Assembly: GCA_964449615.1 (NCBI GenBank)
Contig: CAYUZF010000011.1
Span: forward strand, 1-46,451
Origin: an uncultured Aureispira sp.
GTDB taxonomy: Bacteria > Bacteroidota > Bacteroidia > Chitinophagales > Saprospiraceae
DNA: 46,451 bases
Direction: 5' to 3'
Under the pieces are notes generated by a model, which saw nothing but the letters and a program-made list of their open reading frames with translations, had not been told where the DNA came from and ran no database searches. This document shows, one piece after another, positions 16,460-25,416 of the stretch (position 1 is its first letter; each line of letters begins with the position of its first letter). The translations under genes were made by a program, and so were the position numbers.

Positions 16460-18823
16460 CTACTTGACATCCAACACTGGACTTCTAAAAATTAGGTTGC
16501 CTGCTTCGCTTTCTCGGGTGAAATAAAGCGTTTGGTAACTGCGCCCTACCGCGCAAGGGCCTTCATCATCGGGGGTGTTGACGCTTGTACCAACGTTGAT
16601 AGGAAGCGACCAGCGTGTCCAGGTATCGTCCAAACGGCGCGAGTAGTACAAATCCAAGCCTCCTACCCCACCGTGTCCTTCAGAGCTAAAATAGAGCGTT
16701 TTACCGTCAGGATGCAAAAAAGGATAACGCTCGGCAAACGGCGTATTGATTTGATCACCCAAATTGATGGTCTTTTGCCAATAACCATTCTCATCACGCA
16801 AGATGACAAACAAATCGCTGTTGCTGCGCTCGCTGCCGTGAAAATTCTTAGACACAACGGCGGTTTTCCAATCCAACACTTGATCGCTCTCTGAGCTGTA
16901 CAGCAAGGCACTGCCGTCGGCACTCCACTGCACGTCCAATTCCCGATCGGGGCGGTTGATGTCCTCGGGGAATTTCATAGCTTCCGACCATTGACCCTCT
17001 CTCCACAGTCGGTAGTATAAATCCCCCTCCTTACTGAAAACCAATTCTTTTTGATTCGGGCTGAAGGCCCAATAGTCGCCCGCTAAGCCTTCGTTGAGTA
17101 CGGGAAGCGCGATGGGCGTTGTCCAAGTTTGGTTTTGGTAACTGCTTTGGTACAATTGGCCTGCGCGGGCAAACTGTAAGTCTGTTCCCGTTATGCCAAC
17201 CACGCGATCCGCTTGGGGGGAATTGATGACGGCAGGAAGCTCGGCGCTTCGGTAAACAGGTGCTTTTAGCAAAAGGCGGAGTTGTTGAAAGTTGGTGTGT
17301 TCTTTTCCGAACGCGGTTTCGAAGCGCGCTAAAATCTGTTGCGCTTTGTCCCACTTGCGTTGGCGAATAGCAGGCTCTAACAAACGCTGTAGGGCAACAA
17401 AAGCTCGTTCTTTGGGAGCGGCTGCCAAAATATAAGCTTCGTAAGCGGCGCGGTTTTCCTCGGTGGGCATTTTGGATACATCCAACAAAGCCCCCTGTTC
17501 CGCTATTTTTAAATCTCGCTCCTGCTGCGCCAAATCTTTGTATTCTGGGTGCTCCATCATAAACTGGTTAAGCGTTCCCAATTCACCGTCTTTGATGTAT
17601 TCTTTGTAGTATAATTCTAGTACAGCATCGTAGTAAGAGCTGTTGGGATAGCGTTTTATAAAATATTGGGCACCCCTAAAAATAGGGCGTTTCTCTAAGG
17701 CGTTGTAAAAGGTTGCTTCTAAACTGGAGATATAGCTGGAAGCAGGAAAACGTGTCACAAAATTCATAATTTCCACAATATCCTCCGTTTGCGTCAATTG
17801 TTCGTATAAAGGCGTTTCTAAATGAAGTTGCGCCTGCTCCAAATCTGCTTGGAGTATTTCTGGAAACGGGAACGTTGGATACGAGGCCGCGAAGTTGTAA
17901 TAGGTATTCAATTGTTGGTCGTGGGTATACAATTCGTAAAAACGTTTCCATAAAGGATCTACCTCAGGATGATTGGGATAGGCGCGTACAAAGGCATCGT
18001 AATCGGGTAAGCTGTTGCCTTCCAAAATGAGCATCAACAACCGATCTTTGGCAAATTTAACAAAGGGCGAGCGCGGATAAGCATCTATAAAATTTTGATA
18101 GTCCTTCAAGTCGTTACTGCGCTGAATCTGGAGATAATCGTAGGCGGCTATATCGTCCAAAACATAAATATTTTCTGGATACAATTCCTCAAAACGCGGA
18201 TACATTGCCCAGCCTTTTTCTGCAATATAACTTTCTAATAACCGACGCTCTACCAACTTGACACTCTTTGTATTGTAACGGAGCATGTTCTTTTTATACC
18301 GCTCCCAAATCATTTTGTACTGCTCAAAACTGTTGAGGCGCTCTGCTTCCTCCAAAAGCAATTGGTTGCGCTGCTGAAAGGCCTGCTCAAGTTGTTTTTG
18401 ACTGGCCGTTGTATAATGTTCGGTGAAGTGCGTAAGAGCCTCTACGGTGTTTTGCTCTTGGTAGCGCAGCAAAGCACTTCGGGTAATATTTTGTTGAAAT
18501 TTTTGTAACGCAGGTAAGTTGACTCCTTTTTTCTGGACGCGCTGTTTGTCACTAGAAGACAGTTTTTTAAACTCTAAAATAGAACGACTTATGAACTGGT
18601 AGGCTTTGTCCAAATCATAACCTGTGTACCGGTCGTTGGCATATACACCCGCAATTTCGTATAGAGAAATAGGTTTGTTGGTTACTTTGTCAACATCACT
18701 CTTGAACGCTTCTAAAGCTGCTTCATAATTGGAAGATTCCAGTAATTTGCGTCCTTTACTAATTTGTCCAAATAAAGAACTCGAGCATAATACGAACAAT
18801 AGCAAGCCTGTAAAACGGTGCAT
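16460..18823 (-). CDS. Exported protein with helical repeats and C-terminal PD40/TolB-like propeller repeats
   Basis: Signal peptide (MHRFTGLLLFVLCSSSLFGQ), repeated F-x3-[YFH]-P units, and NLGDQINTPFAERYPFLHPDGKTLYFSSEGHGGVGGLDLY. Confidence 0.75.
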   Translation of the reverse strand: MHRFTGLLLFVLCSSSLFGQISKGRKLLESSNYEAALEAFKSDVDKVTNKPISLYEIAGVYANDRYTGYDLDKAYQFISRSILEFKKLSSSDKQRVQKKGVNLPALQKFQQNITRSALLRYQEQNTVEALTHFTEHYTTASQKQLEQAFQQRNQLLLEEAERLNSFEQYKMIWERYKKNMLRYNTKSVKLVERRLLESYIAEKGWAMYPRFEELYPENIYVLDDIAAYDYLQIQRSNDLKDYQNFIDAYPRSPFVKFAKDRLLMLILEGNSLPDYDAFVRAYPNHPEVDPLWKRFYELYTHDQQLNTYYNFAASYPTFPFPEILQADLEQAQLHLETPLYEQLTQTEDIVEIMNFVTRFPASSYISSLEATFYNALEKRPIFRGAQYFIKRYPNSSYYDAVLELYYKEYIKDGELGTLNQFMMEHPEYKDLAQQERDLKIAEQGALLDVSKMPTEENRAAYEAYILAAAPKERAFVALQRLLEPAIRQRKWDKAQQILARFETAFGKEHTNFQQLRLLLKAPVYRSAELPAVINSPQADRVVGITGTDLQFARAGQLYQSSYQNQTWTTPIALPVLNEGLAGDYWAFSPNQKELVFSKEGDLYYRLWREGQWSEAMKFPEDINRPDRELDVQWSADGSALLYSSESDQVLDWKTAVVSKNFHGSERSNSDLFVILRDENGYWQKTINLGDQINTPFAERYPFLHPDGKTLYFSSEGHGGVGGLDLYYSRRLDDTWTRWSLPINVGTSVNTPDDEGPCAVGRSYQTLYFTRESEAGNLIFRSPVLDVK

Positions 18824-19168
18824 AAAGTACAAGAAATTTGATGGCTCTCTATAAAATAAATTTATTAAAATTTATAGAAAGGCAATGTGAATAGTTGATA
18901 CAAATGGCTTTCTTAAGCTACTTAAAAGCCAACCAGCGAGGGGGGGGGAGTGATTAGAGTAAATTGCTCGTCGAATACAGGGAAACGAAAGTGTAAATAT
19001 AAGGTATTATGGAGATTTATAACCTACAAACAGAGAGATTTGCCAACAAATAGCACCAAGTTTTTAAAAAGGATCAAGTAAAAGGTCGATTCACCGCTCA
19101 ACTTTCCGTATCGTTGTACCTACAAAACCAACATTGGCCGCTTACCCACTCAAGGCTTTATTTATTAT

Positions 19169-19888
19169 ATGAGTACAATTACACAATTTAATTACGAAGG
19201 AAACGATATTTCTTTTGAATTCGAGGATGGTAACAAGATGATCAACGCCACAGAGATGGCCCGCCGTTTTGATGGAAAATACGTGGCCGATTTTTTGCGT
19301 TTGAAACGTACTAAAGAGTACATAACCCTGCTGGAAAAGCGATATGGGAATTCCCATATCGCTCCTAAACGCTCGGTTTTGAGGGTGGTACGCGGGGGAG
19401 ATGCTTCGGAAGGGTTGCAGGGAACTTGGATGGATGAAAAGCTAGCACTAAAATTTGCTTCTTGGCTTTCGCCCGAATTTGAGTTGTGGGTCTTCGACCG
19501 CATTTATGAACTGTTGCTCACAGGCAAAACAGAAATTAAGGAACACCGCCCTGCCGATGGCGTTATAAAAAGCATTCGCCTCATCGCCGACCAGCTCGAA
19601 ACACAAGGCCAGGAGATTGGTACCATCAAAGACGATTTACAACAGGTAAAAGCTTACGTATCAGACTTGGAAGCCAAGATTACAAGCATCGACGAACATT
19701 ACTACAGCGTATCGGGCTATTGCGCTTTGCAGCACGTCGAATGTCCGCTAGACAAGGCACGCGCTTGGGGCTACCAAGCGACCAAACTAAGCCGCGAGCA
19801 AAACGTAGATATCGGGAAAGCTTACGATGCCAAATACGGCAACATCAATACGTACCACCGCGATATTTTGGCGCAAGTTATAAACTAG
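19169..19888 (+). CDS. KilA-N domain DNA-binding protein (phage antirepressor-like)
   Basis: MINATEMARRF and QGTWMDEKLALKFASWLSPEFELWV, then a coiled coil and a C-terminal DAKYGNINTYH motif. Confidence 0.85.
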   Translation: MSTITQFNYEGNDISFEFEDGNKMINATEMARRFDGKYVADFLRLKRTKEYITLLEKRYGNSHIAPKRSVLRVVRGGDASEGLQGTWMDEKLALKFASWLSPEFELWVFDRIYELLLTGKTEIKEHRPADGVIKSIRLIADQLETQGQEIGTIKDDLQQVKAYVSDLEAKITSIDEHYYSVSGYCALQHVECPLDKARAWGYQATKLSREQNVDIGKAYDAKYGNINTYHRDILAQVIN

Positions 19889-20441
19889 CTTTGATCTCTT
19901 TGACGTACTGGTAAAGGGTAGGTTTGGAAATGCCAAACATGACGCAAATTTCCCGAATGGGATGCTGCTTGCTTTGGTACAACTCGTAAACCATGCGCCG
20001 TTTTTCTGGGGAAAGGGCCTTGCGCCGTCCCCCCAAACGCCCCCGCGCCCGCGCTGCGGCCAATCCCGCTTTGGTTCGCTCCAAAATTAAATTGCGCTCA
20101 AACTCGGCCAACGCTCCAAAAATATGAAAGACCAGTTTGCCCGCAGGTGTAGTAGTGTTGATGGCTTCTTGCAAAGATTCCAACCCTACTTGTTGCTCTT
20201 CTAAATACGTCACCCATTCAATTAAATCTTTGAGCGAGCGCCCTAGACGATCCAAGCGCCATACAACCAACACATCCCCCGCCCGCAGCATCGTTTTGAG
20301 GGTTATTAGGCCTTCGCGTTGGCTGTTCTTGCCCGAAGCCGTATCCATTATAATTTTTTCGCAGCCTGCTTTTTTTAGGGCGTCTTCTTGCAAATCTAGT
20401 TGTTGGTCTTGGGTAGAAACGCGGGCGTATCCTATTTTCAT
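19878..20441 (-). CDS. Serine recombinase (resolvase/invertase family)
   Basis: MKIGYARVST (catalytic Ser9), VWRLDRLGRS, LAEFERNLILERTKAGL, ARGRLGGR and a C-terminal HTH. Confidence 0.93.
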   Translation of the reverse strand: MKIGYARVSTQDQQLDLQEDALKKAGCEKIIMDTASGKNSQREGLITLKTMLRAGDVLVVWRLDRLGRSLKDLIEWVTYLEEQQVGLESLQEAINTTTPAGKLVFHIFGALAEFERNLILERTKAGLAAARARGRLGGRRKALSPEKRRMVYELYQSKQHPIREICVMFGISKPTLYQYVKEIKASL

Positions 20442-20457
20442 AAAAAGGAAATAAACT

Positions 20458-20579
20458 CGTGAAATGCAATTGGTTTCTTTACGTTGATAAATTTACGGGT
20501 TTTTTTACGCTTTAAAGCAAAGAAGTAGAAGTTTTTGAGTTGCTGGTTGTAAAGTAAAGAAAAGGAGGGTTTTCTTTAC
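20458..20579. promoter_or_regulatory. Putative res site (three subsites) upstream of the resolvase
   Basis: Perfect inverted repeat GTAAAGAAAA-GGAGGG-TTTTCTTTAC at 20554-20579. Related half-sites TTTCTTTACG (~20474-20483) and TTTTTTTACG (~20500-20509). Confidence 0.6.
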
Positions 20580-20623
20580 CGCTGCCGTAAATGGAATGCT
20601 AGTGCTTGAATATAAGATAAAAA

Positions 20624-20665
20624 AATGTTGCACGTGTAACCTGCAACGTGCCGCATGAAACGTGT
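20624..20665. repeat. Degenerate heptamer tandem array (6 units)
   Basis: AATGTTG CACGTGT AACCTGC AACGTGC CGCATGA AACGTGT. Confidence 0.5.
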
Positions 20666-20691
20666 AGCTAGAATTGGAAGTTGTTGTAGGT

Positions 20692-22263
20692 TTACTTCAG
20701 ACTAATGTTAACCAAAATATCTTCTTTCATTTTTTTATAAAATTCTATTACGATAGAGGAAGAGGAAGCGGGGACAATGCGCCCAATGTTAAACTGGTAA
20801 AATTTATACTTACTTCGGTTCTTCTTAGTGTCTAGTACTTGTGCTTTTTTGGCTTTGCCCGTTTCATCATCAACTTGGTAAGCTGTTAAGACACCGCGTC
20901 GCCCATCGGCATAGATATTGGGCAATTCGAAAACATTTACAATATCATTTCTACGATGGTCCAAATACAAAAAGTAGTGCTGTCCATCTAGTTTCTCGTG
21001 TTGAAAACTCATACTGCCCCGTCCTCGGCTACCAATTTGCCGTTTGGGCAATTTGCGCATCCAAGCTAGGTTGCCATCAGGCAGAATTTTGGCAACCAAA
21101 ATGTCGTAATAATGGTAAGTCGTTCGGGTAAACGTAGAACCAGTGGTAGAGGTATTGGTGGTGGTAACTATAAAATCCACTTCTCCAATAATTACTAAAC
21201 TGTTGTCCTCCTCTACAATGATTTTTTTAAGCTTCAAGTTGTTCATTTCAGCGCGGCCCTTACGATCGGCGCGGGCGATGCGCGATTGCTGCCCTGCACT
21301 TTTGTATTGGGTGAGGATTTCCACAGGAAATTCATAATGCCGATGTTCCAAAAGGTTGGCCGCTTGGTCAATTTTGAACACGTAGATCCCATCGGGTTCA
21401 ATGGTGCGGCTCTCGCGTTTGCTGTAAAAGCCAGTACAGATAATTTGCCCATCAGCACCCGCATAAAGCCAACTGCTCTCCATTTGGTGGTCGTCTACTT
21501 TAATGGGAATAGCCTTGTGGCTGCCGTCCGCGAGGTTGATTTTTAGAATTTCTAACTGGTAGTTAATAATGGCGGATTCGCCTCTACCGATGAGGTTGCG
21601 CCGACCTGTTCCAGCAGGGCGCACTTTGGTTAGAATATAAGGGACGCCTTGTTGATCGAGGTGGTAATCCAATACATCCGTTCGTTTGTTGTTGTAAGGA
21701 AAAACAAACTCATGTCGAGCAACGGTCATCAAATCGCGACCCAAGACGTGGCAATAAGCCAAACGGCGTTGATGGCCTACCAAGCGATCGCCTCGGTAAC
21801 CAATGAGGAGCAAATCGCCGTCTTCACCGCGTTGTTGTGCCATGATAGAAATAATATTCTCTCCTTCTAACACTGGAATCAAATCCCCAATCAACGTACA
21901 ATTGTAAGGGTCAATGCGCTGTGCAAATACTTTTAAGTGGCGGCGGCTGTCGCTGTAATCAACTTGTAGCAGGTAAATTCTACCGTGTATGCGCACAATG
22001 TTGTACACATAGGTGAGGTTGGGCAACGGAATACGTCCACTGCGTTTAACTTCTTTAAGAGTGGCTAGATCAAAGCGTTGTATTGTAATTCGATTGTTGC
22101 GGTTCTTGACGGCCAGCATCAAGTTGTTGTCGGGGTCAGAAAAATAGTATTTTTGATTGGCATCAATAACTGGGTAAGGCTTCCCCACGCGGAAGGCAGG
22201 CGTTTGTGCACCCAACAACTGCGTGAAGAATAAACTTACCAAAAATAGGAGTACGGTCTTCAT
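20692..22263 (-). CDS. Secreted hypothetical protein (beta-rich, propeller-like); paralog of 22323-23846
   Basis: Signal peptide MKTVLLFLVSLFFTQLLGAQ; motifs LAVK, GNLAWMRKLPKRQ and VDDETG shared with its neighbour. Confidence 0.75.
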   Translation of the reverse strand: MKTVLLFLVSLFFTQLLGAQTPAFRVGKPYPVIDANQKYYFSDPDNNLMLAVKNRNNRITIQRFDLATLKEVKRSGRIPLPNLTYVYNIVRIHGRIYLLQVDYSDSRRHLKVFAQRIDPYNCTLIGDLIPVLEGENIISIMAQQRGEDGDLLLIGYRGDRLVGHQRRLAYCHVLGRDLMTVARHEFVFPYNNKRTDVLDYHLDQQGVPYILTKVRPAGTGRRNLIGRGESAIINYQLEILKINLADGSHKAIPIKVDDHQMESSWLYAGADGQIICTGFYSKRESRTIEPDGIYVFKIDQAANLLEHRHYEFPVEILTQYKSAGQQSRIARADRKGRAEMNNLKLKKIIVEEDNSLVIIGEVDFIVTTTNTSTTGSTFTRTTYHYYDILVAKILPDGNLAWMRKLPKRQIGSRGRGSMSFQHEKLDGQHYFLYLDHRRNDIVNVFELPNIYADGRRGVLTAYQVDDETGKAKKAQVLDTKKNRSKYKFYQFNIGRIVPASSSSIVIEFYKKMKEDILVNISLK

Positions 22264-22322
22264 AAACAATATTTTACTTCATTCACACTATTGTTGATAA
22301 TGTTCCTAAAGAAAAATAGTTG

Positions 22323-23846
22323 TTAAGGCTGGGAAATTTCTATCAGGCGATTGCCCTCTCTTTTCTCACGAGCATCAAGCAGTATTTTGTTGTTGTCCGA
22401 TACAATGATCCCCCCCGAGCCGAAACGGTCAAATTTCTTTCCAGTAGGGTTATCGTACAATAAAAACAAAAAATCTTTGGTCGAAGCGCCTGTTTGATCG
22501 TCGATTTTGGTAACAGCAACGACCCCTGCATCATCTTTATACAGTGTAGGAACTTCATCCGTTTTTAGGTTTTTATTGTCCTTGTGGTCGCAATAATAGT
22601 AGCAGTGTTGACCAGCTTCGTAGGCATAATATGCGCCAGGACCACTTAGGTAGCCTACATAGCGTTTGGGAATAGGAGTTATCCAGTCCATTTTACCATT
22701 GGCGGTCATTTTCACAACAAAGAGCGTACTTTTGGCGTATGTTGACACATCGGCGTAGCCCTCTGCAAATCTAGTGCTGTAACCATTTTCTTCAAACGTC
22801 AATACAATGCTTCCATCCTCGTTAAAAGCAGAATGCATCAAGTCCAACCCGATCAAACCCAGCTTTCCATTTTTTTTCAACTCTTTGAGGTATTCGCGTT
22901 CTTTGCTGGTTTTATACTGGCTAACTGTTTCGTAAGGAAAATTGTGTGCGGTGGTGTTGAATTTTTTTGTAGCAGGGTCATATTGGGCCAATACAAACCC
23001 CTTAGTCAATGCCGAATTTGACCAAGCAGCAACTTCCTCTGTGTTATAAGACGCTACAAGCGCAATGCGTTGGTCGTCTTCTACAATTAGATTTACACGA
23101 CTGATGTGTTTCCTGTTGATGTTCACCGTACCAAATGTTTCTACTTTTTTGATAGTAGGGTTAAATTTGTATAAGGTATATTCGGTTGGGCGTTTCCACC
23201 TTTCGCCTTTCTCACGCGCAAGCGGAGTACCCAGTAAGAAATAATAATTGCCCGCTTTGTCCAAGTGCCCTCCCGAATAATACGTCTTCTCCCGTAAAAC
23301 AGGAAGCTCGAAAGTCATTCTACTCGTTTCTTCTAGGTCAGCACCAACGGTAAGGTACGTGGCCTTAAAAGGCGCTTTTTCATCTTTATAAAGACCAATA
23401 ACGGTTAAATCTGCGTCTATTTCTGTTTGATAATACAGAATAGTGTTGATGTCGTTGTCCTTTAACAACGTTTTCTGAAGCGCAGGTAATTTTTCTTCTA
23501 CATCAATTCTACGAATACGGGTCTTAAGTTTGCTATCCCGTGCATTATCATACGTAAAATAATATTGCCCGTGTATTCTGTAGACAGTTTCGAGGGTATT
23601 GTCCGCAATAAGCGCCACAGTCGAACTGCGGTGGGTTTCGTTGAGTGTATTAAGATCGTAGCGAAAAATAGTAAATTTGTCTTCGTAGCCCTTAACCGCC
23701 AATAAGGCTTGGTTCTTTGTATCCAACAGATAGGCTCGATCGGTTGTACTCGTACCTTTTTTGGAGGCTTCTCCAACGCGGACGGTGGCTTGTGCCAGCA
23801 ATAAAACAGGAAACAGTACAAAAAGAATAAAACTAAGGTGTTTCAT
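22323..23846 (-). CDS. Secreted hypothetical protein (beta-rich, propeller-like)
   Basis: Signal peptide MKHLSFILFVLFPVLLLAQ; LAVK, GKMDWITPIPKRY and IDDQTG. Confidence 0.75.
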   Translation of the reverse strand: MKHLSFILFVLFPVLLLAQATVRVGEASKKGTSTTDRAYLLDTKNQALLAVKGYEDKFTIFRYDLNTLNETHRSSTVALIADNTLETVYRIHGQYYFTYDNARDSKLKTRIRRIDVEEKLPALQKTLLKDNDINTILYYQTEIDADLTVIGLYKDEKAPFKATYLTVGADLEETSRMTFELPVLREKTYYSGGHLDKAGNYYFLLGTPLAREKGERWKRPTEYTLYKFNPTIKKVETFGTVNINRKHISRVNLIVEDDQRIALVASYNTEEVAAWSNSALTKGFVLAQYDPATKKFNTTAHNFPYETVSQYKTSKEREYLKELKKNGKLGLIGLDLMHSAFNEDGSIVLTFEENGYSTRFAEGYADVSTYAKSTLFVVKMTANGKMDWITPIPKRYVGYLSGPGAYYAYEAGQHCYYYCDHKDNKNLKTDEVPTLYKDDAGVVAVTKIDDQTGASTKDFLFLLYDNPTGKKFDRFGSGGIIVSDNNKILLDAREKREGNRLIEISQP

Positions 23847-23901
23847 GAGGATTTTTTATGTTTTTTGAGGAATAAAACGCTGTATGTTGACGTAAGAACC
23901 A

Positions 23902-23909
23902 CAAAGATA
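23902..23909 (-). promoter_or_regulatory. Bacteroidota -7 promoter element
   Basis: Minus-strand TATCTTTG, ~55 bp upstream of the ATG at 23846. Confidence 0.5.
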
Positions 23910-24071
23910 AAGCAGTTATAACGAATTATAGATTTAATTGCCTTGTTTTTATGTAGAAAAGTATTTTTTATAAGAGAAGCAATAAAAAGCACTGGTTGAG
24001 AACGAGTCACAGCAGCAAGAGAAGAACAGTAGAAAAAGGTTAATTTTTATATTGTTAAACTTTTGTTGTTA

Positions 24072-25385
24072 TTATAATGTAAATAGACGTCGATCAACAA
24101 ACAACACAGGTTTCCGACTCATTTCGGGAAACCGCAGTTGATTCAATACGTTGAGCGGTACAAATTCTAAATTGGGCGCTACGCGTAAGCGCGCACGGCA
24201 ATGGTCTTTGATGCGTTTTTCTAAGGCTTTGCTGGGACTAGGACTGTAGAGCTTGATCAGAATTTCATCGGTACCCACGTCATTGGTAAACGCCTCTACT
24301 ACAAAGCCCTCAACAGCTTCAAACTGGTTGAGTAAGTCGTGGAGCGCAGGCGGGTACAAGGTAGTGCCTTTGTATTTAATCATTTGCCTTTTGCGACCGA
24401 GTACAGGCCCCAAACGCATAGAGCTGCGCCCACAGCTGCAACGGTCTTGATGCCAGCGACAAATGTCACCCGTTTTGAAGCGCACCAATGGCATGGCTTC
24501 TACTTGTAGGGTGGTTACAACGACCTCACCCGCTTCCCCTTCTGGCACTGGTTGGCCGTCCTCATCCAAAATTTCTACGATAATCAGAGCGGGATTGTGG
24601 TGGCCGCCGCGCTGCGTTTCGCACTCGGTAAATGCCGTACTCATCTCCGTAGAAGCGTAAGTAGAATGCAGTTCGATGTCCCAAAGTGTACTGATTTTTT
24701 GCCCCAACGTATTGAGACTAAAATCTTCTTGGCGCAACGGCTCTCCAATACAAATGGCTTTTTTGATGCTTGAATTTTCATACTCAATGCCGTTTTTCTG
24801 GGCGTAGTCGATGAGTTTAAGAATAAAAGACGGTACTGCAACCAGCACCGTAGGCGCTACGCGCTGAATCGTATCCCATTGTAAGGCAGGCAAGCCCGCA
24901 CCGACGCGCACCACGCCCGCGCCCAACTCCCGCGCTCCTAAAAAATAAGCCAGCCCAGCCATAAAACGGCGATCTAAGGTAGTCGTCAACAACAACACGT
25001 CTTGCTCCGTTATTCCCGCCACCTCAAAAGAAGCCGCTTCGTTCCACGCAAGGCGCTGCAAATCATGCTCCGTCAAAGCAAACGTAATAGGCTGGCCCAT
25101 CGTACCCGACGTAGTGACGTAGTCAATGATTTTAAGCCGATCTGCCGCCATGAAATCCATGTTGTGGGCCTGCAAATCGGCTTTGGTGGTAAATGGCAGT
25201 TGCTGCAAATGATCCAGCGTTTGAATAAAACGCGGATCTATTCCCGCCGCTTCCCATTGGCGTTGGTAGAAGGGCGAATGCGCTGCTAAGTAAGTCACTA
25301 AGCTTAGAAAATGACGTTCTTGAAAAGCGCGTGCAGTAACCACATCGGTTTTGTGTAAATCTATTACAGGAGCATAAAAAGGCAT
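24072..25385 (-). CDS. Phenylacetate-CoA-ligase-like adenylating enzyme (aryl starter activation)
   Basis: LPFTTKADL, TTSGTMG, YASTE and RFKTGD motifs. Confidence 0.85.
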   Translation of the reverse strand: MPFYAPVIDLHKTDVVTARAFQERHFLSLVTYLAAHSPFYQRQWEAAGIDPRFIQTLDHLQQLPFTTKADLQAHNMDFMAADRLKIIDYVTTSGTMGQPITFALTEHDLQRLAWNEAASFEVAGITEQDVLLLTTTLDRRFMAGLAYFLGARELGAGVVRVGAGLPALQWDTIQRVAPTVLVAVPSFILKLIDYAQKNGIEYENSSIKKAICIGEPLRQEDFSLNTLGQKISTLWDIELHSTYASTEMSTAFTECETQRGGHHNPALIIVEILDEDGQPVPEGEAGEVVVTTLQVEAMPLVRFKTGDICRWHQDRCSCGRSSMRLGPVLGRKRQMIKYKGTTLYPPALHDLLNQFEAVEGFVVEAFTNDVGTDEILIKLYSPSPSKALEKRIKDHCRARLRVAPNLEFVPLNVLNQLRFPEMSRKPVLFVDRRLFTL

Positions 25386-25416
25386 AACAAAGGGACATTT
25401 TTATAGGATAAGTTAC

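Noticed and set aside
18990-19017. Possible dif/Xer site (AGTGTAAATAT-AAGGTA-TTATGGAGATT)
   Set aside because: Only about half of each arm matches the consensus and no partner site was seen. It overlaps a plausible minus-strand -7-like element (TATATTTA).
18930-20600. Complete Tn3-family transposon or prophage
   Set aside because: No transposase, terminal inverted repeats, target duplication or phage structural genes were found.
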